The notes under the pieces: generated by a model
Database searches by the model: none
What the model was told of the DNA's origin: nothing
What the model saw: only the letters and a program-made list of their open reading frames with translations
NCBI GenBank assembly: GCA_903813345.2
Contig: CAIIXF020000001.1
Location: forward strand, 5,456,001-5,520,000
Direction: 5' to 3'
Origin: Owenia fusiformis
Taxonomy: Eukaryota
DNA: 64,000 bases
Shown: positions 12,580 to 24,900 of the stretch, one piece after another
Layout: each line of letters begins with the position of its first letter
How positions within the stretch are numbered: the stretch's first letter is position 1
Program-made: the position numbers and the translations under genes

Positions 12580-13417
12580 GTATGTCATATCATTTAAATG
12601 TGCATATATACTATACTGCCGGTAATTTTCGCATGCTACTATATTTCACTCTTTTCGCAAGTTTGGGAAAATTCGCAAAATATAATAACTGCGAAATTTC
12701 AATAGTTCAAATTCGCAAATGTAATATTTGCAAAATTTTCACGAAGTAATTCCACTAACAATCTGGTTTCAGGTTAAACTACAGATTCGTGAAAATTAAT
12801 AGCTGGGAAATTTCGAAGAAAATATTAACAAAAATTAACAGCTGCAAAATTTCAAAATCGCGAAATATATTAGCACAGGTGTCGCGCTTAACTTTTTTTA
12901 TCATGTAATTGTTTCACTACTTAATGAATTTTCCATGTAGCTATTTCAGAGATGCAGGTAGTGATAATTTTGATGAGAGATATCTTTATTTTCATGACTT
13001 AGCAGCGCAATGATAAGATATTACATTGTAAATATATGTATACTTACCCAGATATTACTATGTTTTAAGACAATTTACATACACATTTTATTGATAGTAA
13101 GAATGAAGTTGTGATTCAGCTCGAACATGAATTAACAAAGATCAGCTGATCGGCAAATCAATCGAAAATCTGTATATTTTCACATGGAGAGTTGTTAGTT
13201 GCGGTACTAGTGAAGTTAGCTAGTTGGAGGAAATGACAAGTAGTGTTCTTGGGAAAACAGGTAGCAAATCACTACCTTAGCAATGCTAATTTCGAGGCCT
13301 GTAGCATCAAATATTAGTGGGAGTACAGTATAACATTGTAATTTTGTTGGAATGAATATATGATCATATGTAAATAAAGATACACAAACTTTTATTTACA
13401 TGTATATCAGGTCATTA

Positions 13418-13876
13418 CCGGATATACGCCCCCCTAAATTTAGGTCCATGGGCCAAAAATCGAATGTAGTACGCTTATACACCCATGTGCCTATAAAAGA
13501 TGACTATTTATTGATTTTTTCAATAAATTCAAGAGTATTTTGTCACTGGCAGATCGTTCTGTGGTTACTTTGTTTCAACATTAAGTTCAACGCTGTGCCG
13601 TAAGTGGCAGTGGTGGATCGTTCTGTTGTTACTTTGTTTCAACATTAAGTCCAAGGTTGTAGGTGACATTTCCTTTATAATTCTTACAAAACATGCGGTA
13701 GGACTACAACAGTAGGTACGGTAGTCTCTCTTTTTTCTCACCTTTACGCCCACTGGGCCAAAAATCGAAAGTAGTACACTTACACGCCCATGGGCGAAAA
13801 ATAAGAGGTAAAATAACAGACGAAATTACCCCTTCTTTCAGTTATACGCCCAGGGCTTATATGCGAGAAAATCCGG
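13418..13876. mobile_element. Small TA-flanked MITE-like element
   Basis: TA|CCGGAT ... ATCCGG|TA with internal ATACGCCC/ACACCCATG repeats. Confidence 0.45.
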
Positions 13877-13993
13877 TAGTTCTTGTCTTGAGGAGGAAAA
13901 GGAAGTTTTTCAGGCTGAAGTCTGGGTTGACCTTTGTATGTAAATAAAATATAATAATAATACATATTATTTTATACAATTCTACCATTTCAG

Positions 13994-14110
13994 GTTAGAC
14001 TATCCTACAGAGAAGCTATCAGAACGAGCTGACCCCAATCCTACACCACCCAAAATGGCTAAACTCACAACCAATCTACAAGGGAGGAAAGAAAACCTGC
14101 TTTCACAAAA
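13994..14110 (+). CDS. Host ZNF gene exon B (LDYPTEKLSERADPNPTPPKMAKL...)
   Basis: tttcag acceptor and gtaagc donor, 117 nt, phase 2-2, open. Confidence 0.7.
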
Positions 14111-14561
14111 GTAAGCTACTAAAGTGAAATAGGAATACATGCACAAACCCTGATTGATTTGACCAGATTCTTTGTTAGAGCTCAACAACAGAAGTGATAC
14201 TGCAACATGATTCTTTATAATTTAAAAAGTCTTTATTTATTGATTATCAATTTATAAATTTATATCAACTGAGGAAAAGAAAGATCTAAACCATCTCAAA
14301 GTGTATGTCTACATATTATGTACATGTGTGTAATTCATGTCTGCAAAAAAATTATCTTGATGAAAACTATTACCACCCTTTGTAAAGCTTGAGCTATTGA
14401 GGTTATTGACCAGAGTAGAAAAATTAGGGTTTAGCACCCAGCTGAGGGATAAACTGATGATATCACTGTTATTATGGTCATATATGAAAGACAGGTTTTG
14501 TGCAAATTTGTTCAGTGTTGCAGGTTTAATGTACATTCAATATCAATATTTGTGCTTTCAG

Positions 14562-14997
14562 ACCTACCCCAAGTATCTCGCCAACAAAACCACATACTAT
14601 AACAACAGTTGCTTCACCCACCAAAGCTCCTCAGACTTTAACATCAGTGACACCAAGAACAGTTGACATGCACAACAATCTTGTGGAAATGGACTCTGAA
14701 CCAGTTGATCACAACAACCAGATATCTAATGAATTGGACATTAACTCATTTGGTAGGGATACTTCCAACAGTCAAGATACATCTACTTTGATTGATGCAA
14801 TAAAACAGGAATATGAGGATGATGACAATGATGAAACTGATGATGTTAATTATGATTCTAACTTTACCGATATTAGTATAAAAACTGAAAGTGATATTAA
14901 CAATAGTATAGATCAAGTTAAAGAAGAACAAATTGAAGATGACGACTGTGTCCCTCCTGAATCACTAAAGAAACCAACAGGAAAATCCAAACGAAAG
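14562..14997 (+). CDS. Host ZNF gene exon C (S/T/P-rich then acidic linker with IKQE/IKTE/VKEE motifs, ending KSKRK)
   Basis: ctttcag acceptor, AAG|gtatgt phase-0 donor; joins the ORF 14647-15012 frame. Confidence 0.75.
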
Positions 14998-15094
14998 GTA
15001 TGTATGTTTTGACTTTGACTTCTACTGAGTCATGGGAAATTAAATCTTTACAGTACTTGGGGACCAATGCAAAAGATCGATGTCAGATAATTAA

Positions 15095-17011
15095 CCTTTA
15101 GCATGCTACCGGCTTGCAGAGTCGCCCGTGCTCAACAATCCCCGGCAACTGCTGGCGACTCCGGTAGACTCAGTTTAAACTCATTTTAAACTTTCAAAAA
15201 CTTTTTTTCCCGCCGTTCTCCATAATCCAATCAGATAGCAATGACCTGACCTTTGTCACGTCACTTACGGTTTGTAAAATGTGAAAAAAAATTCAAAATT
15301 ACGAAGATTTAAGCAGGGTTTTGTGACTTTTCTAGCAATATAGCATTCTAGAAATGGGTGATGAATTATTGCCGGAATATTTTGCAGACAGTGATTTGGA
15401 AGATGAGTTCTTAGGATTCAATAGAGACGATGTTGACTAATTATTGAGCTCCGAAAGTTAACTTGATTTGGATGATGATTTGGATTTGTCAGAATATGAA
15501 ACAGACAATGATGGCAACAAGAATGACATTCCTAGTGGATATTCTCATAATTGGCTTGGGGAATTTGACGTAAATAGATCGGTAGTAAAAAATGTACCTG
15601 CTGATACAACTGAGGTCGATCTATTTGTCTGTTTTTTGATGACAGTGTGTTTGACTTGTTTGTTGAACAAACGAACATATATGCCCAGGAATATATTGAC
15701 AATCATGCAGCAATGAAACCGAGTGCTAGAGCTAGAACATGGAAGGAAGTGACACTTCCCGAGATGAGGGCATTTGTAGCAATACTGTTGTTATCAGGAC
15801 TAACAAAGAGATCAAGTTATGCGTTATACTGGTCAACAGAGACCCTCATAGAAATGCCAGGTTTTCGTACAATTATGCCACGAGACAGATTCCTCAACAT
15901 ACTGCAATAATGCCCTCCCATGTGACCACCCACAACATGACAAAGGATTCAAAATAAGGCAGCTGGTTGACATTATCGTGCCTCTTTGGTAGAGATACTT
16001 CCACCCCAATATTTAAGGAAGTCTCTCTGGATGAAAGTATGGTTCCCTTCAAGTTCAAAGGATGTACCAATATCATGCAATACATGCCTAATAAACCCAA
16101 CAAATGGGGTCTGAAAGCTTGGGGTTTAGGTGATGCCAAAACTGGTTACATGTACAATTGGGAGCTGTACTTGGGGAAAGAGCAAGGCAATCCCCGAGAT
16201 AGAGATGTTCCTCTCACACATAGTGTTGTCATGAGAGTTTCATACCTCAGAGACATATGAGAAACACATTTGTGCCAGACATCGTCGTGACAATCATCGT
16301 ATTGTTCAAAAGCCATGCGTCGCTCAATCTTATGCTCAGCATATGGGTGGCATTGATAGAACAGACAAGGCAATGACCTTCTACATGGTTTTACAAAGAT
16401 GTTGCAAATGGTGGAAAAAACTCTTCTTCTACTTACTAGAAGTATGTTTTATTTCAGGGATATCTACGAGAGAGACAACTGGGCTATGGGAGACCCACTG
16501 CGAATCCACCTGACCGCCTTGTTGGCGGAGTCCATTACCTGATGCCCAACCCTAAAAGGACCAGTAACAATGCCCGCTCTAAACCAGACTGTGTGGTGTG
16601 CAGTGACCGGTCTATGAAACGATGCCAGACAACTTATATGTGTAGACACTGTCAGTTGGCGATGTGTCCATTTCCATGTTTCGAGAGATATCACACAAGG
16701 ATGGACTTCAAAGTTCAATGTCGCCCTGGCCTCCATAATACATAAATACATAAACATTCAGTGATAACAATTTGATCTATAGTCAAACATTTTAGGAATA
16801 AATGTCCCATCCAGACTAATCAATGGAGCTGTTTACTTTCAAGATCGGTTACCTGAGCGTTAATTGCGTTATTTGAATGTTTGGTCATGTGACCCTGGAG
16901 ATGGAATAAATATTGCATTTTTAAACTCGCCAAGTACTTTTTTCCTAAAAACGCAAAAATAAGTCAGTTGCACGGGATAGCATGGCACTCGAAAATTCAG
17001 CATGCTAAAGG
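15095..17011 (+). mobile_element. piggyBac DNA transposon, decayed and internally deleted
   Basis: TTAA|CCTTTAGCATGCT ... AGCATGCTAAAGG|TTAA (13-bp TIR, TTAA TSD). Confidence 0.92.
15354..16745 (+). pseudogene. piggyBac transposase pseudogene
   Basis: Fragments in different frames: EQTNIYA..WKEVTLPEMRAF..YWS..MPRDRF; SLDESMVPFK..QYMPNKPNKWGLK; KWWKKLFFYLLE; Cys-rich tail CVVC..C..C..LAMC..CFERYH. Confidence 0.88.
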
Positions 17012-17579
17012 TTAACTAAATTTTGATAGTTAGGGGGAAGGGTGTTATTGTCCCAAATAATTAAGCTCTGCTGACATCGATTATTGAATTCCCGGGAATC
17101 TTCGCCATGTTCATTTCGTCCAGTGTGGATTCCCCATTCTACATGAAAAAGAAAAAACTTGAATTTTATCAGAAAACATCACATAATACTTGATCAAAGA
17201 GTAATATGAAGTCAATTACAGTAATTCTATAACAGAATATGAAAGTCTAGTGAACAATCTATGTAGTGACTTACTTGGAGTGGGTAAGAAAGGTAAAATC
17301 GTCTTACAAAGCAACTGAAGTTTTGAAATCAATAAAAACCAAGAACACAAATGTGTACAACATGTCCCCACCAATGGGTGATCCTATATACTGCAAATTT
17401 TTCATCCTGAATGCCTAACACAGGGCTTGCATTAACGGCATCCCGTACATGTTAAGGACTCAAAAATAATTTGGAGGACGCAAAAATTGAAAATATTTCC
17501 GTTTTTTGGACACAATTTTTTTTAGGTCAACACTACAATAACGATACCTAACAAAAACAAATAATTATGATCTCTCACC

Positions 17580-17800
17580 TTTATTATCCCAACGAACGAA
17601 GTTCTGTAGGGATATAGTGAAGCCCTCCGTCCGTCCGTCCGTCCGTCCGTCCGTCCGTCTGTCAGTCAGTCAGTCAGTCCGTCCGTCTGTCCGGAAGATA
17701 ACTCTAATACTAGTCAACAGATTTTCTTCATATTTGGTGGAAAGATGTATATTGGTGAATAGTTTTACGCAAAAAAAATTTTTCAAGATTTTAAAAGTAA
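17580..17800 (+). mobile_element. HINE family 2, 5' fragment
   Basis: TTTATTATCCCAACGAACGAAGTTC..AGGGATA plus (GTCC)n, same head as 18282. Confidence 0.65.
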
Positions 17801-18790
17801 ATGGAAGAATGAGTTTTTTGGAAAAGTCTAAGTGGACCAAATAGTCTGTTAAATGGACCCGTTCTTTGAAATTGATCCATAAAATGTTTATTCTGAAAAT
17901 GAGTAGACAAGACTTTACAAACTCAATTTTAGGACGAAAAAACCAAAATGGTCATGAGTGAATATGGGAGATATCCATGAGTGGATAAAAATAATAGCAA
18001 GAGAAAATCGCAGGATATCCTATTTATCTTATGGTAATTATCCAAATCCTTTGTGTAAATGTCCATCACATTTAATTTTTCACCTTGATTTCCGCGCTGT
18101 AATAGCATAACGGTTACCCCATCTCTGAAAACGAGGTTGGACGGCTACGTTCACTGATTTATCAAATAAACTAGCCATGATGGAACAGAAAGCTAAGGTT
18201 GGTGCATTATTTTCTACAACTGTGTATCAATAAAAGCATGAAAGATTTCATTCAAAACTACATGTTTAGTAGGCTAAGTTATTTATTATCCCAACGAACG
18301 AAGTTCGGTAGGGATATAGTGAAGCCCTCCGTCCGTCCGTCAGTCAGTCCGTCCGTCCGGAAGATAACTCAAATATTAGTTGACGGATTTTCTTCATATT
18401 TGGTGCAAAGATGTATTTTCAAGATGGCCGCTGCTTTAAAAATGACGGGACTTTTTCGTAAAAATCATAAATTTTTCATTCTAAACCAAAGTAATTAACA
18501 TTATTTTTTGAAATTTTGGTAGTATATTCGCAACATCTATATATTTCACATATATTCCATGTTTTTCATCCTGACCCCCAGGGGCCGTGTATGGGGGGGT
18601 CAGGAAAACAGAAATTTTCGCTAATTTTTAGATCTTTCTGAAGTATAGCTTTATTATACTCAAATGAAAGGCAATTAAGAGTAGATTGCAAATATTGTAT
18701 CTTTTTCTGATTCGAGCCTCATAAAATTCAAAATGGCCGTCTAATGTACGATTTCGCAATAATTTTTCGATCCCTTCAAAGTATGGCTAT

Positions 18791-21536
18791 TGTAACAGTT
18801 TGGCCTATTTTTGTGGATATACGTGGTAGCGTGGATAATAATAGGCCCACTGTTTAGTAAACGGTGTTTACTTGGTGAGTTACACGGCACACGTTAAATG
18901 TGCGATTGTCCCTAAAGAATTTAACAGACATATACAATTAAATATAAAATATAAAACAGTATATTGTGGCGTTTATAAGCCCAAATAAAGATGTACATTA
19001 AATTTCAAGTCTAATTATAAGAGTGTTACGATTTTAATATCTCTCTCAAAACTCACAACTCAAAAGTCCATATAAGCTAATATTTATCACTAATAAAACA
19101 ATATCCAGAGTCCATATAAACTAATAATAATCACTAATAACACAATATCCAGAGTCCATATAAACTAAAGTTGATGATCACTATATACCACTGTTGTATC
19201 TCCAATATTAAGTCCATATATGTTGTAACACTTGTAAGTCTTGTATTGTACTTGTAACTTGAACCTGAAATAGTAATCTCCTGGATCCTCTTCAATGTAG
19301 TGTAGTATGATTCAAGTTTGATGATATGAAATCATCTAAGTCAACCAGCGGCTCTGCAAATGTCTATCTCCTGGATCCTGTCAACTATTGCTCAGTAAAC
19401 GGCTATCTCCTGGATCCTCTTCACTGTATTGTAGTATAATTCAGCTTTGATAATGGGAAATCATCAAGTCAACTATCGGCTCGGTAAATGACTATCTCCT
19501 GGATCCTCCTCAATGTGTTGTAGTATAATTCAACTTTGATTATGTAAAATAATCTAAGTTAAACTATCAAGTCTGGAAACGACTATCTCCTGGATCCTCC
19601 TCAATGTGTTGTAGTATAATTCAACTTTGATTATATGAAATAATCCAAGTCAAATTATCAAGTCTGGAAACGACTATCTCCTGGATCCTCCTCAATGTGT
19701 TGTAGTATAATTCAACTTTGATTATGTGAAATAATCCAAGTCAAATTATCAAGTCTGGAAACGACTATCTCCTGGATCCTCCTCTCTGTAGATGTATATT
19801 CTAACTTCAATGACCCAAAATCATCAAAGTCAAAATATCTCGTTGAATAAACTGCTAAGTCCTGGAACCTCTTCTATGTAGATGTATATTCCAACTTCAA
19901 TGACCCAAAGTCATCAAAGTCAAAATATCTCGTTGAATAAACTGCTAAGTCCCAGAACCTCTTCTCTGTAGATGTATATTCTAACTTCAATGACCCAAAA
20001 TCATCAAAGTCAAAATATCTCGCTGGATAATCTGCTAAGTCCTGGAACGTCCTCTCTGTAGATGTATATTCTAACTTCAATGACACAAAATCATCAAAGT
20101 CAAAATATCTCGTTGAATAAACTGCTAAGTCCTGGAACCTCTTCTCTGTAGATGTATAAGTCAAACTATCACAATCTTCAAACTACCAAGTCCAAGGACG
20201 TCTAATACACGGCATCAACTGCTAAGTCCATGTAGCCTGCTTTCTTCACAATTAAATAATAAGGCTACCTACAAATATAGCATGCACACAACGACATATG
20301 CAAAAATATAACATGTGAAAATATTTGACCTCTAAAATGACTAAGTTCATTTAATGTTAAGTGATACTGATATTAAAATATTCTAAGTTCAATATTTCTC
20401 TTTCCAAAAACAACAAAGTCCACAATAATATTTCACCAAATGTTGACTAAGTTAATTTCATACTAAGTTATACTGATGTTGAAATATTCTAAGTTAAATA
20501 TTTCTATCTCCAAAAATAACAAAGTCCAAAATAATATTTCACCAAATACTGACTAAGTCCAATAATGTTGTAAATCGTCTAAGTTCCTTGATGATCAAAA
20601 TAGCTTGTTTCTCAAACACAAGTTATGTCAGCATTTCCTCTCAGTCTATGAAGGCTGGACAATACGTCTAATGCTTTGCGCTGGGGATAGCTTCACCCTG
20701 TTGAAGTTTTGTCCAGTCTTGTAGATCTCTCTTATTTCCAGTGCGGTAAATAAACTAAGTCTCACACTTAGCTACATCAAAGTTTTCCCAAAATTCCAAT
20801 CTCCAAAATAAACTAAGTTTCTCACACTTAGTTTCTCCAATCTGCCCTTGTATACTGCAAACGTATAGCTTGGCTCATCAGATGTATTCTACTAAGGTAC
20901 AGCTTCTATCTTCATGTGTATACTGCAAACGTATAGCTTCAAGACCACAAAATCGACTAAGTTCTATAAAACTTAGAAGATTTTAGCTGTTTCCCGAAAT
21001 TCCGCTCTGGAGGTCCTTCCTCGACAACATCTGGCATCGCACTGACGAGCCTTCAACAGCGAGATAGTTATATAGGCCCGATGACGTCATTGATTTTCGG
21101 ACAAGATTTCAACTGTGAATTACAGCTTACTTACGCCATATTTCGCTTTAATATTGATCATACAGCAAGATTATAATATTGACTCAAGAAATATAACAGT
21201 AATTAATCACTATCTAGTCTAATTTCACTTCGATTCAATCGAATCAAAAGCAGGAAGTAAAATAATAAAGGTGTCATGTTAGACTACCGATCAACTACAA
21301 ATTAGACTGCCAGATAAGACTTCCCGATCAACATAAACAAAATCGTGATCAAATAAATAAAACATGTGAACTATTTCACCTCTGTAAGTACAACCTAAGT
21401 GCTGCAAATGATACTACATTTATAAATCTTAATAATCTCAATGGGAAATTACTTCTCAAGTGTAATAATTACCTTATATACAAAAACACAGCACTTAATC
21501 AAAAATCAAAAATTTTACATTTAAAATTCCGTTACA
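18791..21536 (-). repeat. 3' LTR (2746 bp)
   Basis: Near-identical to 28587-31151, with one extra 91-bp unit and one extra 90-bp unit. Confidence 0.95.
19270..20160. repeat. Tandem array of ~90/91-bp units inside the LTR (copy at 29066-29775)
   Basis: TATCTCCTGGATCCT-type units spaced 91 bp, then AAGTCCTGGAACCT-type units spaced 90 bp. Confidence 0.9.
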
Positions 21537-21546
21537 CTCCCCCCTA
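21537..21546 (-). other. Polypurine tract
   Basis: Minus strand TAGGGGGGAG immediately before the 3' LTR. Confidence 0.85.
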
Positions 21547-21990
21547 CCAAGATATTGGTACGCCCTCGTACCAAACTAAGACATAAATGTACTTTCTAAC
21601 TAACTACAAACTTACAAAATATCTAACTTGCCAAAAATGTATAACATGTCAAATATGTTTAACCTATCAAATATGTTCAACCCCGGGGTTAACTAACTAT
21701 CAAGTTTAACTATCAACTATCAACTAATTTCTAACTACTTGCATATCTAACTATCCAAAGTTATCTAGATATCTAACAAGTTAACACCTAACTATATTTC
21801 ACTTCACATATTTAAAATTATACTTATGTGAATTTACTCTCTCTTGTAGCGCTTCCTGGATGATTGAGACCTGGACTTCCATCTACTGTCACGAGATCTG
21901 GATCTCCAATCACGATCCCTGCTAAGCCTTCTGTGACGTGGAAAACTGTCCAAAAGGTCTGCTTCACGAGTACGGTTTGACCTGTTAAGC

Positions 21991-24900
21991 TCATTTGATG
22001 CTCTGTCTCAATCGGGAATGTCTATCAGAAAAATGAGCTGATCGCTTTCTGTCATGTCGGTATTCTGATCTCCAATCATGTCTGTAATCAGGTGACTTTG
22101 AATACGGCCTCGACTGATGACTATCTCTGCTTGTTGAAACCTCAGCCACAAAATCATCCAAGTGTCTGGGACGTTTGCGCTCCCTCCTGGAAGGTTTGTC
22201 ATCCACTTCCTTCTTGGGTGATGTCTTGACAGTTTTCTTGTAGTCTGGAGTTTCATCTGGGAGAATAGGTTGAGAGTCTCTTTCAGGCTCTACTTCAGGT
22301 TTTTCTTCCTGATCCTTCCATTTCACAGTCTTAGAGATATGCTTAGTAGAACAGGGAACCTTGTCAGTAATTAACTCCTGCACGGGGTCATCTGTAAGAG
22401 GTTCCATTACTATCTCTGGCTGTGACTTTGGTATACGCCAATCATCTGGCAACTCAGCTTCATATGGCTTGAGCATATTAAAGTGAATAACTCTTGGTTT
22501 CTTGCCTTTGATCTGTATTCGATAGGTTACATCAGAGATCTTCTTGATGATTTGGAAAGGACCCTTCCATTTACTTTCCAATTTTGGCGACACTCCTTTC
22601 CTTTTGGTATTGTCTAAATACCAGACAGCATCTCCTTCACTGTAAGAATGTCCAGCCACCCTCCTATCATAAGCGACCTTCTGTCTTTCGGCACTGAGTT
22701 TAAGTTTCTCTCGCGCACGATCATGGGCTTCACTCAGTTTTTCTCTTAAATCGGTGACATAATCACTTTCCTCAGTATCCATCGGTGGGACTTCAATTAA
22801 TGTCTCCAGAGGAAGTTTCAGCTCTCTACCAAGCATCAACATGGCTGGTGTCTCGCCTGTGGATTCATTTACGGCCGTTCTGTAGGCCATTAGTGCAAAT
22901 GGAATTTGCAAATCCCAGTCTGTCTGGTGGGGTTCTGGCTGAAGGAGCTTAGCCAAAGAATCTAACAAAGTCCGGTTGTAGCGCTCTATCATTCCATCCG
23001 ACTGGGGATGGAATGGTGTTGTCCTTGTCTTTTCTATACCCAGCAAGTTGCACATCTCTTGAAAGACCTTCGCTTCAAAGTTACGTCCCTGATCGGAATG
23101 TAGGGTCGCAGGCATTCCTAGTCGACATACAACTTCAGCCACTATCTTGTCAGCAACAGTACGGGCCTCTTGATTGGGTAAAGCCTCTGCTATCTTCTCT
23201 AAAGTCCACTCTGGATGGATAGCCACTGTTGTTATATCCTCGACACAAAACATGGTAGTCTCCTCTGGTATTTCACAGTGGTCACACTGTCGGCAGGGAA
23301 TCCTGGACATCACATCTGCGTTCTGGTGTTTGTTGCCTGGTCGAAACTCGAGTTCAAAATTGTACTCTTGAATCACCTGCAACCAACGAGCCAGTTGTCC
23401 CTCGGGATCCTTAAAGTTGATCAACCATCTCAGTGAACTATGATCCGTTCGGAGTTTAAAGTGGACTCCATACAGGTATTGTCGAAAGTAGCGCACATAG
23501 TTCACTGCAGCCAGCAACTCCCTCCTGGTAACACAATAGTTCTTCTCTTGTTTACTGAGCCGCTTGCTGGCATAATATATCACTCTTTCTTCTCCATCTT
23601 GAAGTTGAGATAGGACAGCACCAATAGACTCGTTACTGGCAACTGTATCAAGAATATATGGGCAGTCATCTCTGGGATAGGCCAATATAGGAGCCGTAAT
23701 AAGCTTCTGCTTCAGCATGTCAAATGCTACTTGGCAATCCCCATCCCAATAAAATCTTTGGTTTTTCTTCGTCAAAGCATGTAAGGGACCAGCAATTTTT
23801 GCAAAGTCTTGCACATGGCGCCTATAGTATGATGCACCACCCAAAAATTGCCTAACTTCCTTGACGTTCTTTGGTGTTGGGTACTCAGCCATCTGCTGAA
23901 CTTTCTTTGGATTTGGAGCGATCCCATTCTCCGACACCACATGTCCCAAATAATCAACTTCTCTCTGAAACAAGGAACACTTCTTCGGTTTGAGACGAAG
24001 ACCTGCAGCTCTGAATCTGTCGAATACTTCTTGTAATCGATCCATACAGCCATCAAACGTTGGCAAAAACGTTATGACGTCATCCAAGTAGACGAGTGAT
24101 GACTGCGAACTGAGTCCATGTAACACTTGTTCCATTAATCTTGAAAATGTAGAAGGGGCATTCGCCAACCCAAAAGGCATGACAACCCATTGGTATAAGC
24201 CACCTCTTACGACAAATGCAGACTTCTCTTTGGCGTTCTCATCTAATTCACATTGCCAGTATCCGCTTGCCATATCTAAGCAAGAGAAGTAAGTTGATCC
24301 ATTCATCATGTTGAGGGTCTCCTCTATTCGTGGTATAGGGAATGCATCTTTCTTGGTGACAGAGTTGAGGCGCCTGTAATCTACACAAAACCTCCATGAA
24401 TTATCTTTCTTTTTCACCAAGACAATTGGAGATGCCCATGGACTTTTTGATTTCTCAATTATCCCTCTCTCCAACATATCCTCAATCTGTTTATTCACCT
24501 CCTCTTGTTTAACTTTCGGCAAGGGTCGATACATCTGTTTAATAGGGGCAGAATCACCAGTATCGATGTGGTGTTTAACTAGGTGAGTGCGTCCTAAATC
24601 AGCATCTCCCGTGGCGAATATGTCAGCATTTCGACACAGCATAACTTTAACTTTTTCCTTTTGATTATCCGTCAGATGTTCACAACTTCTGTCAAATAAT
24701 TCCTGTAAATGTGCTGGTAGTGTTTGTATGTTTATGTCTGTACCAGCAGATGCTCCCTGTAAGATGCATACATCATCTTGAGGCAACTCAGATGCATCTG
24801 TTAAATGATACACTCCAGTTTCAATGGTACTGTACTCTCCAATGGTTATTCCAGCCGGTAGATGTTTTTCAAATTCAGTATGATTCCACACTTCCACAAA

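Noticed and set aside
17617-18498. PSVRPSV ORFs
   Set aside because: Translation of the HINE (GTCC)n microsatellite
19270-20160. Regularly spaced TATCTCCTGGATCCT motifs resembling a CRISPR array
   Set aside because: The intervening sequences are homologous to each other, the array lies inside an LTR, there are no cas genes and the DNA is eukaryotic
19874-20164. 96-aa repeat ORF (and 29579-29779) as a gene
   Set aside because: No ATG start; openness follows from a 90-bp stop-free unit; kept only as a uORF possibility
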